IMG/VR virus record: IMGVR_UViG_3300032322_001062
Coordinates: 1 to 63,108 of that record
Reading direction: 5' to 3' (one strand)
Length of the DNA stretch: 63,108 nt
Source of the DNA: a virus
Taxonomy: Duplodnaviria; Caudoviricetes
Every line of letters begins with the position of its first letter. The stretch's first letter is position 1. Positions 1-9,332 of this stretch are shown here, piece after piece. Under the pieces are notes generated by a model. It was given only the letters and a program-made list of their open reading frames with translations. It had not been told where the DNA came from and made no database searches. The position numbers were made by a program, and so were the translations under genes.

Positions 1-123
1 CGCGAGGGTCGGGTGGTCAGTCGCAAACAGCGGCTTGCCGTCGCCGCCAGCGTAGAGCGAGCTAGTGGAGAAGCCGTTGTTGTAGACGTTGGCGGCCTTG
101 ACCTGCTTGGCATTCGCCATCGC
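1..123. repeat. Terminal overlap, identical to 62986..63108 (circular assembly)
   Basis: The first 123 nt match the last 123 nt exactly; the repeat lies inside the capsid ORF. Confidence 0.97.
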
Positions 124-462
124 GCGGCCCATGGCATTCGCCTTCATCTTACCGGTCGTGCCGTAGAGGTTGTCCTCGATGGCCTCTTCCGTGATGGCAA
201 ACGCCATCGCCACGGTTTCGTGGGTGTAGCGGCTCGTCCAAGCTTCAGACGCGGTGTCGAAGAACACCTGATCGCCTTCAGACTTGACCGGGGCCGTACC
301 GAAGCCCGTCATCAGCACTTCTTCTTCGAACGAGCGGTCAGAACGCTCGACGTCGAACAGCGGAGTATGCTCATTGTCGATGCTCTTGTAGGCCGTGCCG
401 AAGATGGCGTTGAGGCCGGGGACAAGCTGCTTCGCAAATTGAGCGCGAGTCAGAATAGTCAT
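1..462 (-). CDS. Major capsid protein, N-terminal part (joins 62533..62985 across the origin; about 304 aa total)
   Basis: ATG at 462 with AGGAGG RBS; MTILTRAQFAKQLVPGLNAIFGTAY...RSFEEEV reads in frame into MANAKQVKAANV at the window end. Confidence 0.9.
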   Translation of the reverse strand, partial: MTILTRAQFAKQLVPGLNAIFGTAYKSIDNEHTPLFDVERSDRSFEEEVLMTGFGTAPVKSEGDQVFFDTASEAWTSRYTHETVAMAFAITEEAIEDNLYGTTGKMKANAMGRAMANAKQVKAANVYNNGFSTSSLYAGGDGKPLFATDHPTLA

Positions 463-478
463 TGTCTATATCCTCCTA

Positions 479-1069
479 TTAGGCCGCCGAGACCTGCTGG
501 AGGAGCGGGCCGTTCAGCTTCACGACCAGCACCGGGAACGGATCGCCCCAAGCGTTGTCAGGAATGTTGGCCAGACCCACAAGCTTCACCGCCGTATTAA
601 CGGCAGAGGTGCGGGAAGACGCCTGAAGCGCGTAGCGCGAGACGCCGTACACGGCATCCACGTCACCGCCAGCAGCCGTCACGTTGAAGTTAAGGCCCAG
701 ATCGCCAGCCGTCACCGAGGCATTCGCCTGGATCAGGAACGTCGCAAACGGGTTGTCCACGACGTAGGCCGTCGGGCGGTTGGAACCGTCGAGCAGGCCA
801 GCCGAAGACGTATCAGCCGGAATGGAGTTGCGAAGCTGGGGGCCGTTAATGGCATCCACCCACGCAAAGCCAGCAGCAACGCCCAGCAGGGGGCCATCGC
901 CGCCCGTGCCAGCCGAAACAATAACGCCACCCGACAGCTTGACCGGCGAGCCCTTACCGAGGTCAGGGCAAGCCGCGCCGTTGGGAAGCGGATAAGCGCG
1001 GACTTCGTTGCCATGCGTGCCGAGAGCAGCAATGGCGCGAAGACCGAACGGTGCAAAAGAAACGGGCAC
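479..1069 (-). CDS. Putative capsid decoration/minor head protein
   Basis: Directly upstream of the capsid gene; G/A/V-rich beta-type sequence (APFGLR..., GVAAGF). Confidence 0.6.
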   Translation of the reverse strand: MPVSFAPFGLRAIAALGTHGNEVRAYPLPNGAACPDLGKGSPVKLSGGVIVSAGTGGDGPLLGVAAGFAWVDAINGPQLRNSIPADTSSAGLLDGSNRPTAYVVDNPFATFLIQANASVTAGDLGLNFNVTAAGGDVDAVYGVSRYALQASSRTSAVNTAVKLVGLANIPDNAWGDPFPVLVVKLNGPLLQQVSAA

Positions 1070-1090
1070 CTTCTATCCTCCTTCTATCTG

Positions 1091-1582
1091 TTATCCAAAC
1101 GAGGGTCGTCGCCCCCGGGAAAAACGCTTGGAACCTTCGTTAGCAAACTGCACCTGCCGGCCGCCGTCCTCATAGCTGATCGTCTTCAGATCGAAAGCCT
1201 GCTCCGCTTTGATGGCCCGATCTTCGGCCCACTTTTGGATGGCTTCCGCTTTCCGTCGAGGTAGCTTTGCGAGGACGAGGTCCCCGTTGATGGCTGCACC
1301 CGCCAACGCAGAAATCTTGCTTTCGAGACCGGGGAAAACGTATCCGTCAGGAACTTCTTCCAGTGGAACGAATGCCCAACCCTCTCGAAGTCGCGCCGAG
1401 ACGTTGTTATAGTCTTCTTCCCTGCCTGCCCGAAACCGAATCCAGCGATAAACGTACTGGTCGGTATCCGACATGGGAGGGATTTCTAGCGCATTGGGAG
1501 GAGTATACTCGCTTTCCAGAGAAATTTCAAGTGGATCGTCAATAGAGTTGTCGGAGGCCGGCGCGGCCTTCATGCGGGGCAT
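1091..1582 (-). CDS. Head-module protein of unknown function
   Basis: YRWIR...[10 protein letters not shown]...GDLVLAK motif; lies between the scaffold and capsid genes. Confidence 0.6.
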   Translation of the reverse strand: MPRMKAAPASDNSIDDPLEISLESEYTPPNALEIPPMSDTDQYVYRWIRFRAGREEDYNNVSARLREGWAFVPLEEVPDGYVFPGLESKISALAGAAINGDLVLAKLPRRKAEAIQKWAEDRAIKAEQAFDLKTISYEDGGRQVQFANEGSKRFSRGRRPSFG

Positions 1583-2616
1583 TACAGAATCTCCGTATAT
1601 TGATTTGCGGTGGACTGAGCCTTTTCAGTCTTGGCCTTCTCGCGGGCATACTGTTCGACAGTAATACCAAGTTGACGGGCCATCTGACGGTCAGCCTCAG
1701 TAAGTACAACTCGAATCTTGCCGGAAGCGGGGGCCGGGGTCGACCGGTTCTGGATGGTCGGGTTGGATGGCTGACGGGCCGGAGTCGCAGGGGCTGCTGC
1801 CTGTTTGCCGCCCAACTTGGTCGGGAACTCCCGCTTCAGGCGCTGGTCGAGGACGTCGAAGTAGTCAGGGTCAGTAGGCAGGTAGCCTTCGCCCACCATC
1901 TGCTGGTCGATGACCTTGGCAGCGGCCGTCATAACGGCGTCCTTGTTGAACCAGTCCTTATTGCGGTCATACCACTCGGTCAGGCCGGGCGGCTGGGCAC
2001 GCTTCGCCGCCGGTTCAGGCGCGGTAGATCGTGTCTGCTGGGTCTGCTGCGGCGCTTCCTGTCCAGATTGGGGCGCCGTCTTGGTAGGGATGCTGCCCCT
2101 ATCCTTTTCAGCCTGCGCCTTCTTGGCTGCCAGAGAAGCTAGTTGCTGCTGGACCTCGAAGATGCGAGACCGGTCGCCGGACTCGAAGGCCGCATCGAAC
2201 TCGGCGCGCAGCGTCTTCATGCCTGCGTCGAGGTTCTGGATGTACAGGTCGAAGCCAATGGCTGCGCCCTCGTTGGCATCGTTCTCGTACCGCTTGGCGC
2301 GGGCTTCTGCCTCGTCTAGCCGAGCTTGCGTCTCGGCCAGTTGTTTGGCATAAGCATCTCGCTGGGCCTTCAGACGTCGGCTGCGGGTCAGCTTCTTGCG
2401 GTCGGCGGAACCGGCCTCGGTGGGACTGCCGTCATCGTCGGCATCGTCGTCGGCTGACTCGGCCTCTTGTGGGGGCGGGGGCGGCTCGGCAGCGACGACC
2501 GAGACGGCGGCTTCTTGTTCGGGCACGCCGTCCATGACAATTTCGATGTCGTCGACGGCGCCCGCTTGCCCAGACGGATTGTCTAGGTCAATCTCTTTGT
2601 AACCTGATTCGGACAT
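1582..2616 (-). CDS. Capsid scaffolding protein
   Basis: Acidic N-terminus, coiled coil, C-terminal [20 protein letters not shown] helix; position in the head module. Confidence 0.7.
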   Translation of the reverse strand: MSESGYKEIDLDNPSGQAGAVDDIEIVMDGVPEQEAAVSVVAAEPPPPPQEAESADDDADDDGSPTEAGSADRKKLTRSRRLKAQRDAYAKQLAETQARLDEAEARAKRYENDANEGAAIGFDLYIQNLDAGMKTLRAEFDAAFESGDRSRIFEVQQQLASLAAKKAQAEKDRGSIPTKTAPQSGQEAPQQTQQTRSTAPEPAAKRAQPPGLTEWYDRNKDWFNKDAVMTAAAKVIDQQMVGEGYLPTDPDYFDVLDQRLKREFPTKLGGKQAAAPATPARQPSNPTIQNRSTPAPASGKIRVVLTEADRQMARQLGITVEQYAREKAKTEKAQSTANQYTEIL

Positions 2617-2622
2617 AGGAAA

Positions 2623-3039
2623 TTATTCCTTGAAGTTGGCGTCGAGGTACTCGGGCTTTTCGACGACGAGTTCGATGTTGGAGGGCTTGATGAGAAGGAG
2701 CTTGACGCCCTTCCACCAGATCTTCTGGCCGACCAACTTGGCATAGACGATGAAGTCGCCGGGCTTGACCCACGCGCCAGTCTTGTAAATTTCCTCGTCC
2801 TTGAAGGCGAGTTCGCCAATGGCCAGAACGCGACCAACCGTGTTCAGGTACTCACGGTCCTCGCGGAAAGTATCCGGGAGCAGGATGCCTCCTGCCGACT
2901 TACGCCGAATGGGCACGGGCCGGACAAGAATCCCTACGCCAGGAATCCTAGGCAGCGGAGACGGGTCAGGAATTTCGTCCTGTGTCATCCACTGGTCGTT
3001 CGTGATTGCCCCGTCGAGGGGCACGCGGGCGGTAAGCAT
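2623..3039 (-). CDS. groES: GroES-like co-chaperonin
   Basis: ILVRP...KSAGGILLPD...GRVLAIGE...VKPGDFIVYAK Cpn10 signature. Confidence 0.85.
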   Translation of the reverse strand: MLTARVPLDGAITNDQWMTQDEIPDPSPLPRIPGVGILVRPVPIRRKSAGGILLPDTFREDREYLNTVGRVLAIGELAFKDEEIYKTGAWVKPGDFIVYAKLVGQKIWWKGVKLLLIKPSNIELVVEKPEYLDANFKE

Positions 3040-3230
3040 TAGTTCCTTTCTTCTGCTGGCTTGGTCTCTACGAGATCGTAGAGCAGTTGCACGGCTTGGT
3101 TGAGGCCGGCAATAACGCCGCAGGCACGGGCATACTCTTCGTAGGTCTTGGCGCCGCCACGGGAAAGAAAGTCTCTTTCCCGCTCGACACGCTTCTGAAC
3201 CTCTGCTACATACTCAGATAGTAATCTCAT
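3039..3230 (-). CDS. Small head-module protein
   Basis: 63 aa, coupled to portal and groES; YEEYARACGVIAGL motif. Confidence 0.65.
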   Translation of the reverse strand: MRLLSEYVAEVQKRVERERDFLSRGGAKTYEEYARACGVIAGLNQAVQLLYDLVETKPAEERN

Positions 3231-5560
3231 TAGATAGCCGCGTTTGCCCGTTCTGCAAGCTGTTTGGCTTGAATATCCGCCAGTTTGGCGGAGTTGTCAA
3301 GTATTTTCGAAGAAGCCGAAATCTGGGCCTGCTTCTGCTTGTTCTCCGCGTCGAGCAACATGCTGGTTTCCTTGAGGTCAAGCTCGCGGTTCTTGAGTGC
3401 GATCTTGGCTGCCTCGCGGACATCCTGCGACTGGATGCGTGCCGCCGAAAGCTGAAGCTCCTGCTGGTTGAGGGCAACCATCTGCTGCTCAACGGACGGA
3501 CCCGCGCCACCCATGCCGGACGCCGCCGAGATCATCAGCATCTGCGTGGCGACTTGGGCCTGCACGTTCGGGTCTTCGATGGGCATGCCCATCTGCTGGG
3601 CCAGCAGAGCGGCCTGTGCCACAAACATCAGCACCTTGTGTTCGGCGATGTTGGCATTCAGAAGCTGGAGGCCGATGGCGATGGTCGGGTCGTTGGCGCC
3701 CTGCATCTGCGGCGTCTTGAGGAACGCTTCCTTCACAGCAATGTGAGCCGCGTGGTTCTGGCCAAGCTGGGCCTTGATGGGCTTGCCGGCCATGGCGGCC
3801 TGCACCTCGGTCAGCGGGTCGGCGCTGATGGCTTGGGCCTCGGGGTTGACGAGGAGCTTGTCCACGTTCTCGGTACCCATGGCCGCGTAGAAGCGCCGCA
3901 GCGCCTCGCGCATGTCATGGAGTTGCGGGAACTGGGCCGCCATGTTGAGTTCGATCTGAGCCCGGGCCACCCGCTGCGACTCGGTGAGGGCATTGGGGTC
4001 GGATGCCGGGATGACGTCCACGGCCGCCGGATCGAAGTCGTTGCGCTGGACGTAGGCGTTCTCGGAGCCGACCACGAAGTTGACGAGGTCGGGCAGGTTC
4101 TCGAAGTTGAGTTCGCCGATGAGCTTGAGGAACTCGCCCTGCGACTGGTGAAGGCGCTTGTGGATCGAAGAATAGAACCGCTGCGACGCTTCGATCAGGG
4201 CCAGCGTGGTGCCGACCGGGCCGTAGTTGGTGGCGTTGGCAGCGACCTCGTCGGTGGCGTCAGCGAACTTCTGGCCGCTATCCACCATGAACTTGAGCAG
4301 GGTGAAGAGGGTCTGGTTCGGCTCCTTGGCCGGCAGCGGGAAGAACGCCTTGCTCAGTTCTTCAGGTGACAGATTGACGTCACGCCACTCGCCGAAGCCC
4401 AGTGGGGTGTCGCTGTCGGAGAACTTGGCATCTTGGGACTTGAAGCCCGCCTGCCAGTTGGCATACTGACCTGCGTCGACGAGGGCGCGCAGGGCCACGG
4501 TCGCGGAGGCCGCAAGGTCGCCGATCAGGTGGACGTAGCCAAGGGCGTAGAAGCCGAAGGCCGGGATGAACTGGTCGACGGTGTACCAGATGCGCTTGGT
4601 CTTGGCGACGTCGTCCTCGCGCCAGTTGCGCTTGATGGAGTAGACGTTGCCGGTCTTGACGTTGAAGTGGACGATGTAGGGCGCCATGCCGCCGCTAGGC
4701 AGACTGGGGTCGTCGCCGTTCAGGTCGAGATAGCAGTGGGCCTCGCCGACCGTGTAGCCCTTGCGTTCGAGCGACATGTCGAAGCCTTGGGCGTTGGCGA
4801 TGGCTTCGGTGATCTCGTTGGTGTCGAGGACTTCCTCGGCATCGTTCTCGGAGACTTCGAGGAAGGTGCCTGCCGCCACAAGATTCTCCATCTTGCGGGT
4901 GGAAAGCTCCATGACCTCGATATATTCCTCGGCATCTCGGAGGTGGGTTGCCGACGGGTCGATGTAGAAGTTCTCGACGTAGACGACGGTCGGGTCGGGC
5001 GCCGAGTTCACGCTGTTCCAGCCGGCCTTGCGGATGCCGGTGCCCATGAAGCCGACGCGGAACAGGTTGCGTTCGAGGTCGGTATAGAAACCCGGCACCT
5101 GCTCGGTAAGCTGGTAGTTCATGTAGGTGCGGACGCGGGCAGCGGCCTGTTCGCGGGGAATGTCGACGTAGCCACGGACCTTGGTGCGGACGGGACCCTT
5201 GGCAGGCCACAGTTCTTGGATGGCCTTAGCCTGGAACTTGACCACGTTCTCGATGAGGAGGGGGTGGACGGCCGAGCAGGCCCCGTCGACCTCGGTGTTG
5301 CCTTGGCCCTCGGTGTTCAGGCCCAGCCAGTGGATGCCCTGCTTGATCTTCTCTTCCCACTGCTGGCGGGCGTTCTTGAAGTTCTGAAGGGCATCTTGAC
5401 GTTGGGAGCCGATGTCACGAAGTATTACATCGTCCATGCCGGCTGCGAGGTTAGCACCGAACGACATGTCGATCTCGACAATCTCGTCGGCCGGAATAAC
5501 TTCGAGCGTCTCTTCAGAGAACTCAAATTCCATTTCTGGATTTTCGAGATTATCAGACAT
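3230..5560 (-). CDS. Portal protein (podovirus-like)
   Basis: 776 aa directly after TerL; HPLLIENVVKFQA, GPVRTKV, FIPAFGFY, GTTLALIE motifs; C-terminal coiled coil. Confidence 0.9.
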   Translation of the reverse strand: MSDNLENPEMEFEFSEETLEVIPADEIVEIDMSFGANLAAGMDDVILRDIGSQRQDALQNFKNARQQWEEKIKQGIHWLGLNTEGQGNTEVDGACSAVHPLLIENVVKFQAKAIQELWPAKGPVRTKVRGYVDIPREQAAARVRTYMNYQLTEQVPGFYTDLERNLFRVGFMGTGIRKAGWNSVNSAPDPTVVYVENFYIDPSATHLRDAEEYIEVMELSTRKMENLVAAGTFLEVSENDAEEVLDTNEITEAIANAQGFDMSLERKGYTVGEAHCYLDLNGDDPSLPSGGMAPYIVHFNVKTGNVYSIKRNWREDDVAKTKRIWYTVDQFIPAFGFYALGYVHLIGDLAASATVALRALVDAGQYANWQAGFKSQDAKFSDSDTPLGFGEWRDVNLSPEELSKAFFPLPAKEPNQTLFTLLKFMVDSGQKFADATDEVAANATNYGPVGTTLALIEASQRFYSSIHKRLHQSQGEFLKLIGELNFENLPDLVNFVVGSENAYVQRNDFDPAAVDVIPASDPNALTESQRVARAQIELNMAAQFPQLHDMREALRRFYAAMGTENVDKLLVNPEAQAISADPLTEVQAAMAGKPIKAQLGQNHAAHIAVKEAFLKTPQMQGANDPTIAIGLQLLNANIAEHKVLMFVAQAALLAQQMGMPIEDPNVQAQVATQMLMISAASGMGGAGPSVEQQMVALNQQELQLSAARIQSQDVREAAKIALKNRELDLKETSMLLDAENKQKQAQISASSKILDNSAKLADIQAKQLAERANAAI

Positions 5561-7121
5561 GTGTTACTTGACTCCAATAGCTCTTGAAAGGGCGTCTACT
5601 TGAGGGCCGGTCATTGTTGCCAACCTTTTCTTGCGTCAATTCATAGCGGCGGCGCAAGTAGAGCAGGGCCATCACCATAGCATCGACGGCGTCGTCATGG
5701 GCGCCCTTTGGAAATTCGAGGGCCTCCTGCAAAAGCTCGGCCGCATATTTCCGCTTGAGGGGTAGCCAGACGCGCTGACGCTCAATAATGCCTGTCACCG
5801 CATGAGCCCTAGCCACTTTATCACGGTCGGGCTGAAAAGGCAACACAGGCAGCTTATTGAGCTTGAGGTCCTGAATTAGGGACTGACCCGAAGCTTTATT
5901 TTCGACGATTATGCGATCCGGCTTGAACGTACTGTATTGTTCTTTGGCCACCGCGCGAAGCTGCGGGTAGGACCACCGGCCCCTGACTTGGTTCAGCAGA
6001 ATGGCATTGGGCTCCTGATACTCGAAACCCTTCTCGTCGGTGAAGGTTAGGTGGAAGATGCCCCACGTCTGGATGACGGAGAAGTCGGCCTTGGCCTTGG
6101 TGGAGAAGGCGGTGTCGAGGGTCTGGATGATCTCGTCACACTCGGGCGGATCGTCCTCGTCCCAATCTTGGAAGTCGTCCTTGTTGAAGACGTTGCCGTC
6201 CTCGCCGGTCGGGGTCTGCATGTACAGGGCGCCCCAGTCGGCCCGCGACAGACCCTCGCGCGTAGCGATCAGGTCGTCCATCGTGATGTATTCGGGCCAG
6301 TAGGACTCGCTCTCGGGCAGCATCAGATATTCGGCTGCGGGCTTGTCGAGGATGGCCGGAATGGATATGACTTCCCACTGGTCGACGCGCGGGTTGCGGG
6401 CGGCCTTGTCGAGCAGGAAGCCTGAAAGGTCGCGCACATGCCACCGGGTGTTGACGAGGATGATGCGGGAGTCAGGCAGTTTACGGGAGCGGAAGCCGGG
6501 GCCGTACCAGTTGTTGACGCGCTCGCGCTCGGTGTCGGACTTAGCAGTCTGCTCGGACAGGGGGTCGTCCAAGATGCCCAGATTGAAGCGGTAACCAGCG
6601 ATGGACTTGCCCGCGCCCGCTGGCATGAAGGAGCCGCCCGTGATCAGCTTCCAACTGGTGACGCCCGACATGTCGTCGCGGATGCGAACGCCGTCGAAGA
6701 TCTCTTGGTATTCGGCAGAGCGAATGAGGTCGCGGATACGGCCGGAGCATTCGACCGCCTTGTCGGTGGTGTGCGAGATCCACATGAAGCGCCAAGTTGG
6801 GTGGCGGCCCATACACCACGCGACGAACAGCATGAGGAGGACTGACTTCATGGAGCCCGGCGGCAGCATGAGCATCAGGCGGTCGACGGACCCATCGTCA
6901 ACTTCGGCGAGGGTCGCCGCTATAGACTCGATGTGACGCCCGTCTCGGTAATCATTGCCGTCCAACATAAGGTGGGCGAGTAGTTTGACGAAGACGTAGA
7001 AGTCCTCTCGCGCCTCCATGATTGCTTTTTGATGGAGGGCGTCAGCTAGTTCCGCCTTTACTCGGAGGAGGCGTTCTTCAGTTGATTCGGAGTTTGCGCT
7101 CAATTTCCGGCTCGGCTTCAC
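5553..7121 (-). CDS. terL: Terminase large subunit
   Basis: LPPGSMKS Walker A variant, GILDDP Walker B, TRWH, nuclease motifs LDTA, VENKASG, HDDAVD. Confidence 0.95.
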   Translation of the reverse strand: MKPSRKLSANSESTEERLLRVKAELADALHQKAIMEAREDFYVFVKLLAHLMLDGNDYRDGRHIESIAATLAEVDDGSVDRLMLMLPPGSMKSVLLMLFVAWCMGRHPTWRFMWISHTTDKAVECSGRIRDLIRSAEYQEIFDGVRIRDDMSGVTSWKLITGGSFMPAGAGKSIAGYRFNLGILDDPLSEQTAKSDTERERVNNWYGPGFRSRKLPDSRIILVNTRWHVRDLSGFLLDKAARNPRVDQWEVISIPAILDKPAAEYLMLPESESYWPEYITMDDLIATREGLSRADWGALYMQTPTGEDGNVFNKDDFQDWDEDDPPECDEIIQTLDTAFSTKAKADFSVIQTWGIFHLTFTDEKGFEYQEPNAILLNQVRGRWSYPQLRAVAKEQYSTFKPDRIIVENKASGQSLIQDLKLNKLPVLPFQPDRDKVARAHAVTGIIERQRVWLPLKRKYAAELLQEALEFPKGAHDDAVDAMVMALLYLRRRYELTQEKVGNNDRPSSRRPFKSYWSQVTHV

Positions 7122-7794
7122 GCAGGATGGCAGTCAGTTCGCTGATCCGGGTATCCAGTTCCTCCTTGGAGTGGATGGTCCGGTGGACGATTTCCTTCTT
7201 CTCAACGAACATGCCAAGATACTTGGCAAGGTTTTCCATGGCGCGGTTGGCGTTGGTAAAGTCGCCAGAGGCCATAGCTTGTGTGGCAATGTCGTTGAAC
7301 CACTTGACGACATCCTCGATGTTGATTTTCATGCGTGCCTTCTCCTCAATCTCGAACGCGCTGATAAGGTCGTGGAACTCCGGGATGACCAGCATACGGT
7401 TGGCCATCTCCAACAGGACGACGGGGTTGCTGCTGTTGTAGCCCGCAAGACGCATGGCGCCGCATTTGTTGGAGCGGCCGTTCAGGGCGAACTGGCGAGC
7501 GAACTCAACCTGCTTGGGCGTCAGCTTCTTGATGGCTGTGATCTTGTCCCACTTAGCCTGCCACGTTTCGCGCAGGTGATCGCGCAGGTTGCGGATCGCG
7601 TCGACGTTTTCCTTGGTGACGGCGCGGGCAGGCTTGTGGATGTTCATGCGCCGCAGTTCACGTCGGTAGCCTTTTTGGCGATCCTTCTGCGACGGCGGGT
7701 ACTTGCGCTTACGCTTGGGCGCAGGCGCCTCCCCCTGTTCAGGAGAGGTCGCCTCCACCACTTCGTCGGCAAGATCGAAAGGTTCGTCCGTCAT
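7078..7794 (-). CDS. terS: Terminase small subunit
   Basis: Upstream of TerL; LTPKQVEFA...AMRLAGY HTH-like region and AMENLAKYLGMF motif. Confidence 0.75.
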   Translation of the reverse strand: MTDEPFDLADEVVEATSPEQGEAPAPKRKRKYPPSQKDRQKGYRRELRRMNIHKPARAVTKENVDAIRNLRDHLRETWQAKWDKITAIKKLTPKQVEFARQFALNGRSNKCGAMRLAGYNSSNPVVLLEMANRMLVIPEFHDLISAFEIEEKARMKINIEDVVKWFNDIATQAMASGDFTNANRAMENLAKYLGMFVEKKEIVHRTIHSKEELDTRISELTAILREAEPEIERKLRIN

Positions 7795-9260
7795 GCTACT
7801 CCGGCTTCGTCGTCTTCGCGGACAATCGAGATCCGAGAACGGCCCTTCTGCGAAAGACTGGTCGCCCGGCCCGCGCTAAAGAAGCGAATGCCCTGCCGTT
7901 CGAGGGCAGGACGGATACGCTTCAGTTCGGCGGCGAAGCTGTGCGAAGTCTGCGGCAGCTTCTCGCGGGGACCAATGTTCATCTCAAGCTGGCCAATCAG
8001 GTCCGAATACGTCCCCGAGAACTCCTTCTGCTTATCCATCATCCGCAGGATAGCCGAAGCCATCCCATGAAATTCGAGCATCTGGCTCTCTGCCGCAGAA
8101 CGGTTGCGCTTATAGACTTCCATAAGGCGCCCTTCCTGCCAGCCAAAAGCCTTCTCAGCCGCCACCGCCCAGACCGCAAACGCAGACATACGCGGCTTTT
8201 CAGCCAAGTGTACATTACCATAATTCTGCGTAGCAATCAACGCTGCATTCATAAGCGAGCCCAGCAGGCGGGCATGGCAGGCGTTGAAGGCTTCCCAAAA
8301 CTCGTAGTCATCGCGCCGCTTGCGAGGGTCGATGCGGGGCAGATGCACATGGATCGAGCGGTCAACAAGGTCGCCGCGCTCGACGACGTCAGGAATGCCG
8401 TTCATGGCGACGGGCCGGCAAACGCGGACTGCGGACTCCTCGGCGTTGGTGTAAAGGGCGCGGCCACCCTGTGCCCCGGTGCCGGTGCTGATGACGCAGA
8501 GAGCGTCCGACATCTTGTTGGAAATGAAGGACACGTTGTCGAAGGCGAGGACGAAGGAGTTGCGCACCATAGCCTGAAGGTCGCGCTGGTCCTCGGGCGG
8601 GGTACGCATGTCGAGGGCATGCGGGTCGATAATGCGGCGCAGCAGGCGCAGGACGGTGGACTTGCCAGAGCCCTGCTCGCCGGAGATAGTGAGGACGGGG
8701 TAAGGACCTTCGGGCCGGAGGCAGCCGAGCAGCCACGCGGTCAGGAGCATGAGGCTGTCTTCGTCGGCCGCGATGAAGTCCTTGAGGAGTTCGGGGAACT
8801 CAGAGGCGGGCGCCGAGAGGTCAGGGTCGACGAGGGGCAGCATGCCCGCGCCGCGCAGCATGCGGATATGGGTCGGGCCGCCGGGCAGCTTGGTAATGCC
8901 GGAGGTCGAAATGCACCACGCATCGTTGGCATCGTTGCCGATGTCGATGTAGAGTTCGCCGACCTTGCCGCCGATGCGGATGAAGTCCTTGACCTTGCGG
9001 CCCTGAGAGCGAACCCAGTGGGCAAAGTAGGTCTGGGCCGAGTTAAGGAGGTCGCCGCCGGGCACGATGTTGACCTGATCGACGCAGAAGGAGGTGAACC
9101 AGCCACGGAAGTCGCAGTGGCCGGCAGGCGTGATGGTCAACGTGCGCCGCACACCAGCTTCGGTGTAGTCGAGGAAGAGACGGCCATCTTCGGTGGTCCA
9201 CGGCGAAAGCTGAAGCTTCGCATCGTTGATAAGCTGGACGCGGTTGATCTTATCTGACAT
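7791..9260 (-). CDS. P-loop ATPase, probable replicative helicase/initiator without a primase domain
   Basis: GEQGSGKST Walker A, LAFDNVS Walker B, MNGI sensor, DLVDRS arginine finger; resembles helicase domains of primase-helicase fusions. Confidence 0.65.
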   Translation of the reverse strand: MSDKINRVQLINDAKLQLSPWTTEDGRLFLDYTEAGVRRTLTITPAGHCDFRGWFTSFCVDQVNIVPGGDLLNSAQTYFAHWVRSQGRKVKDFIRIGGKVGELYIDIGNDANDAWCISTSGITKLPGGPTHIRMLRGAGMLPLVDPDLSAPASEFPELLKDFIAADEDSLMLLTAWLLGCLRPEGPYPVLTISGEQGSGKSTVLRLLRRIIDPHALDMRTPPEDQRDLQAMVRNSFVLAFDNVSFISNKMSDALCVISTGTGAQGGRALYTNAEESAVRVCRPVAMNGIPDVVERGDLVDRSIHVHLPRIDPRKRRDDYEFWEAFNACHARLLGSLMNAALIATQNYGNVHLAEKPRMSAFAVWAVAAEKAFGWQEGRLMEVYKRNRSAAESQMLEFHGMASAILRMMDKQKEFSGTYSDLIGQLEMNIGPREKLPQTSHSFAAELKRIRPALERQGIRFFSAGRATSLSQKGRSRISIVREDDEAGVA

Positions 9261-9284
9261 GCAGGGCTCCTTGATCAGAAGCGC

Positions 9285-9313
9285 ATCCTACATGAGGTGA
9301 GCGTCGTGTGCAA
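9285..9313 (-). promoter_or_regulatory. Sigma70-like promoter of the ATPase gene, overlapped by GTGAG/CTCAC motifs
   Basis: TTGCAC-N17-TAGGAT; AAGGAG RBS before ATG 9260. Confidence 0.65.
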
Positions 9314-9332
9314 GAGGATTCTCACCCTCTCA

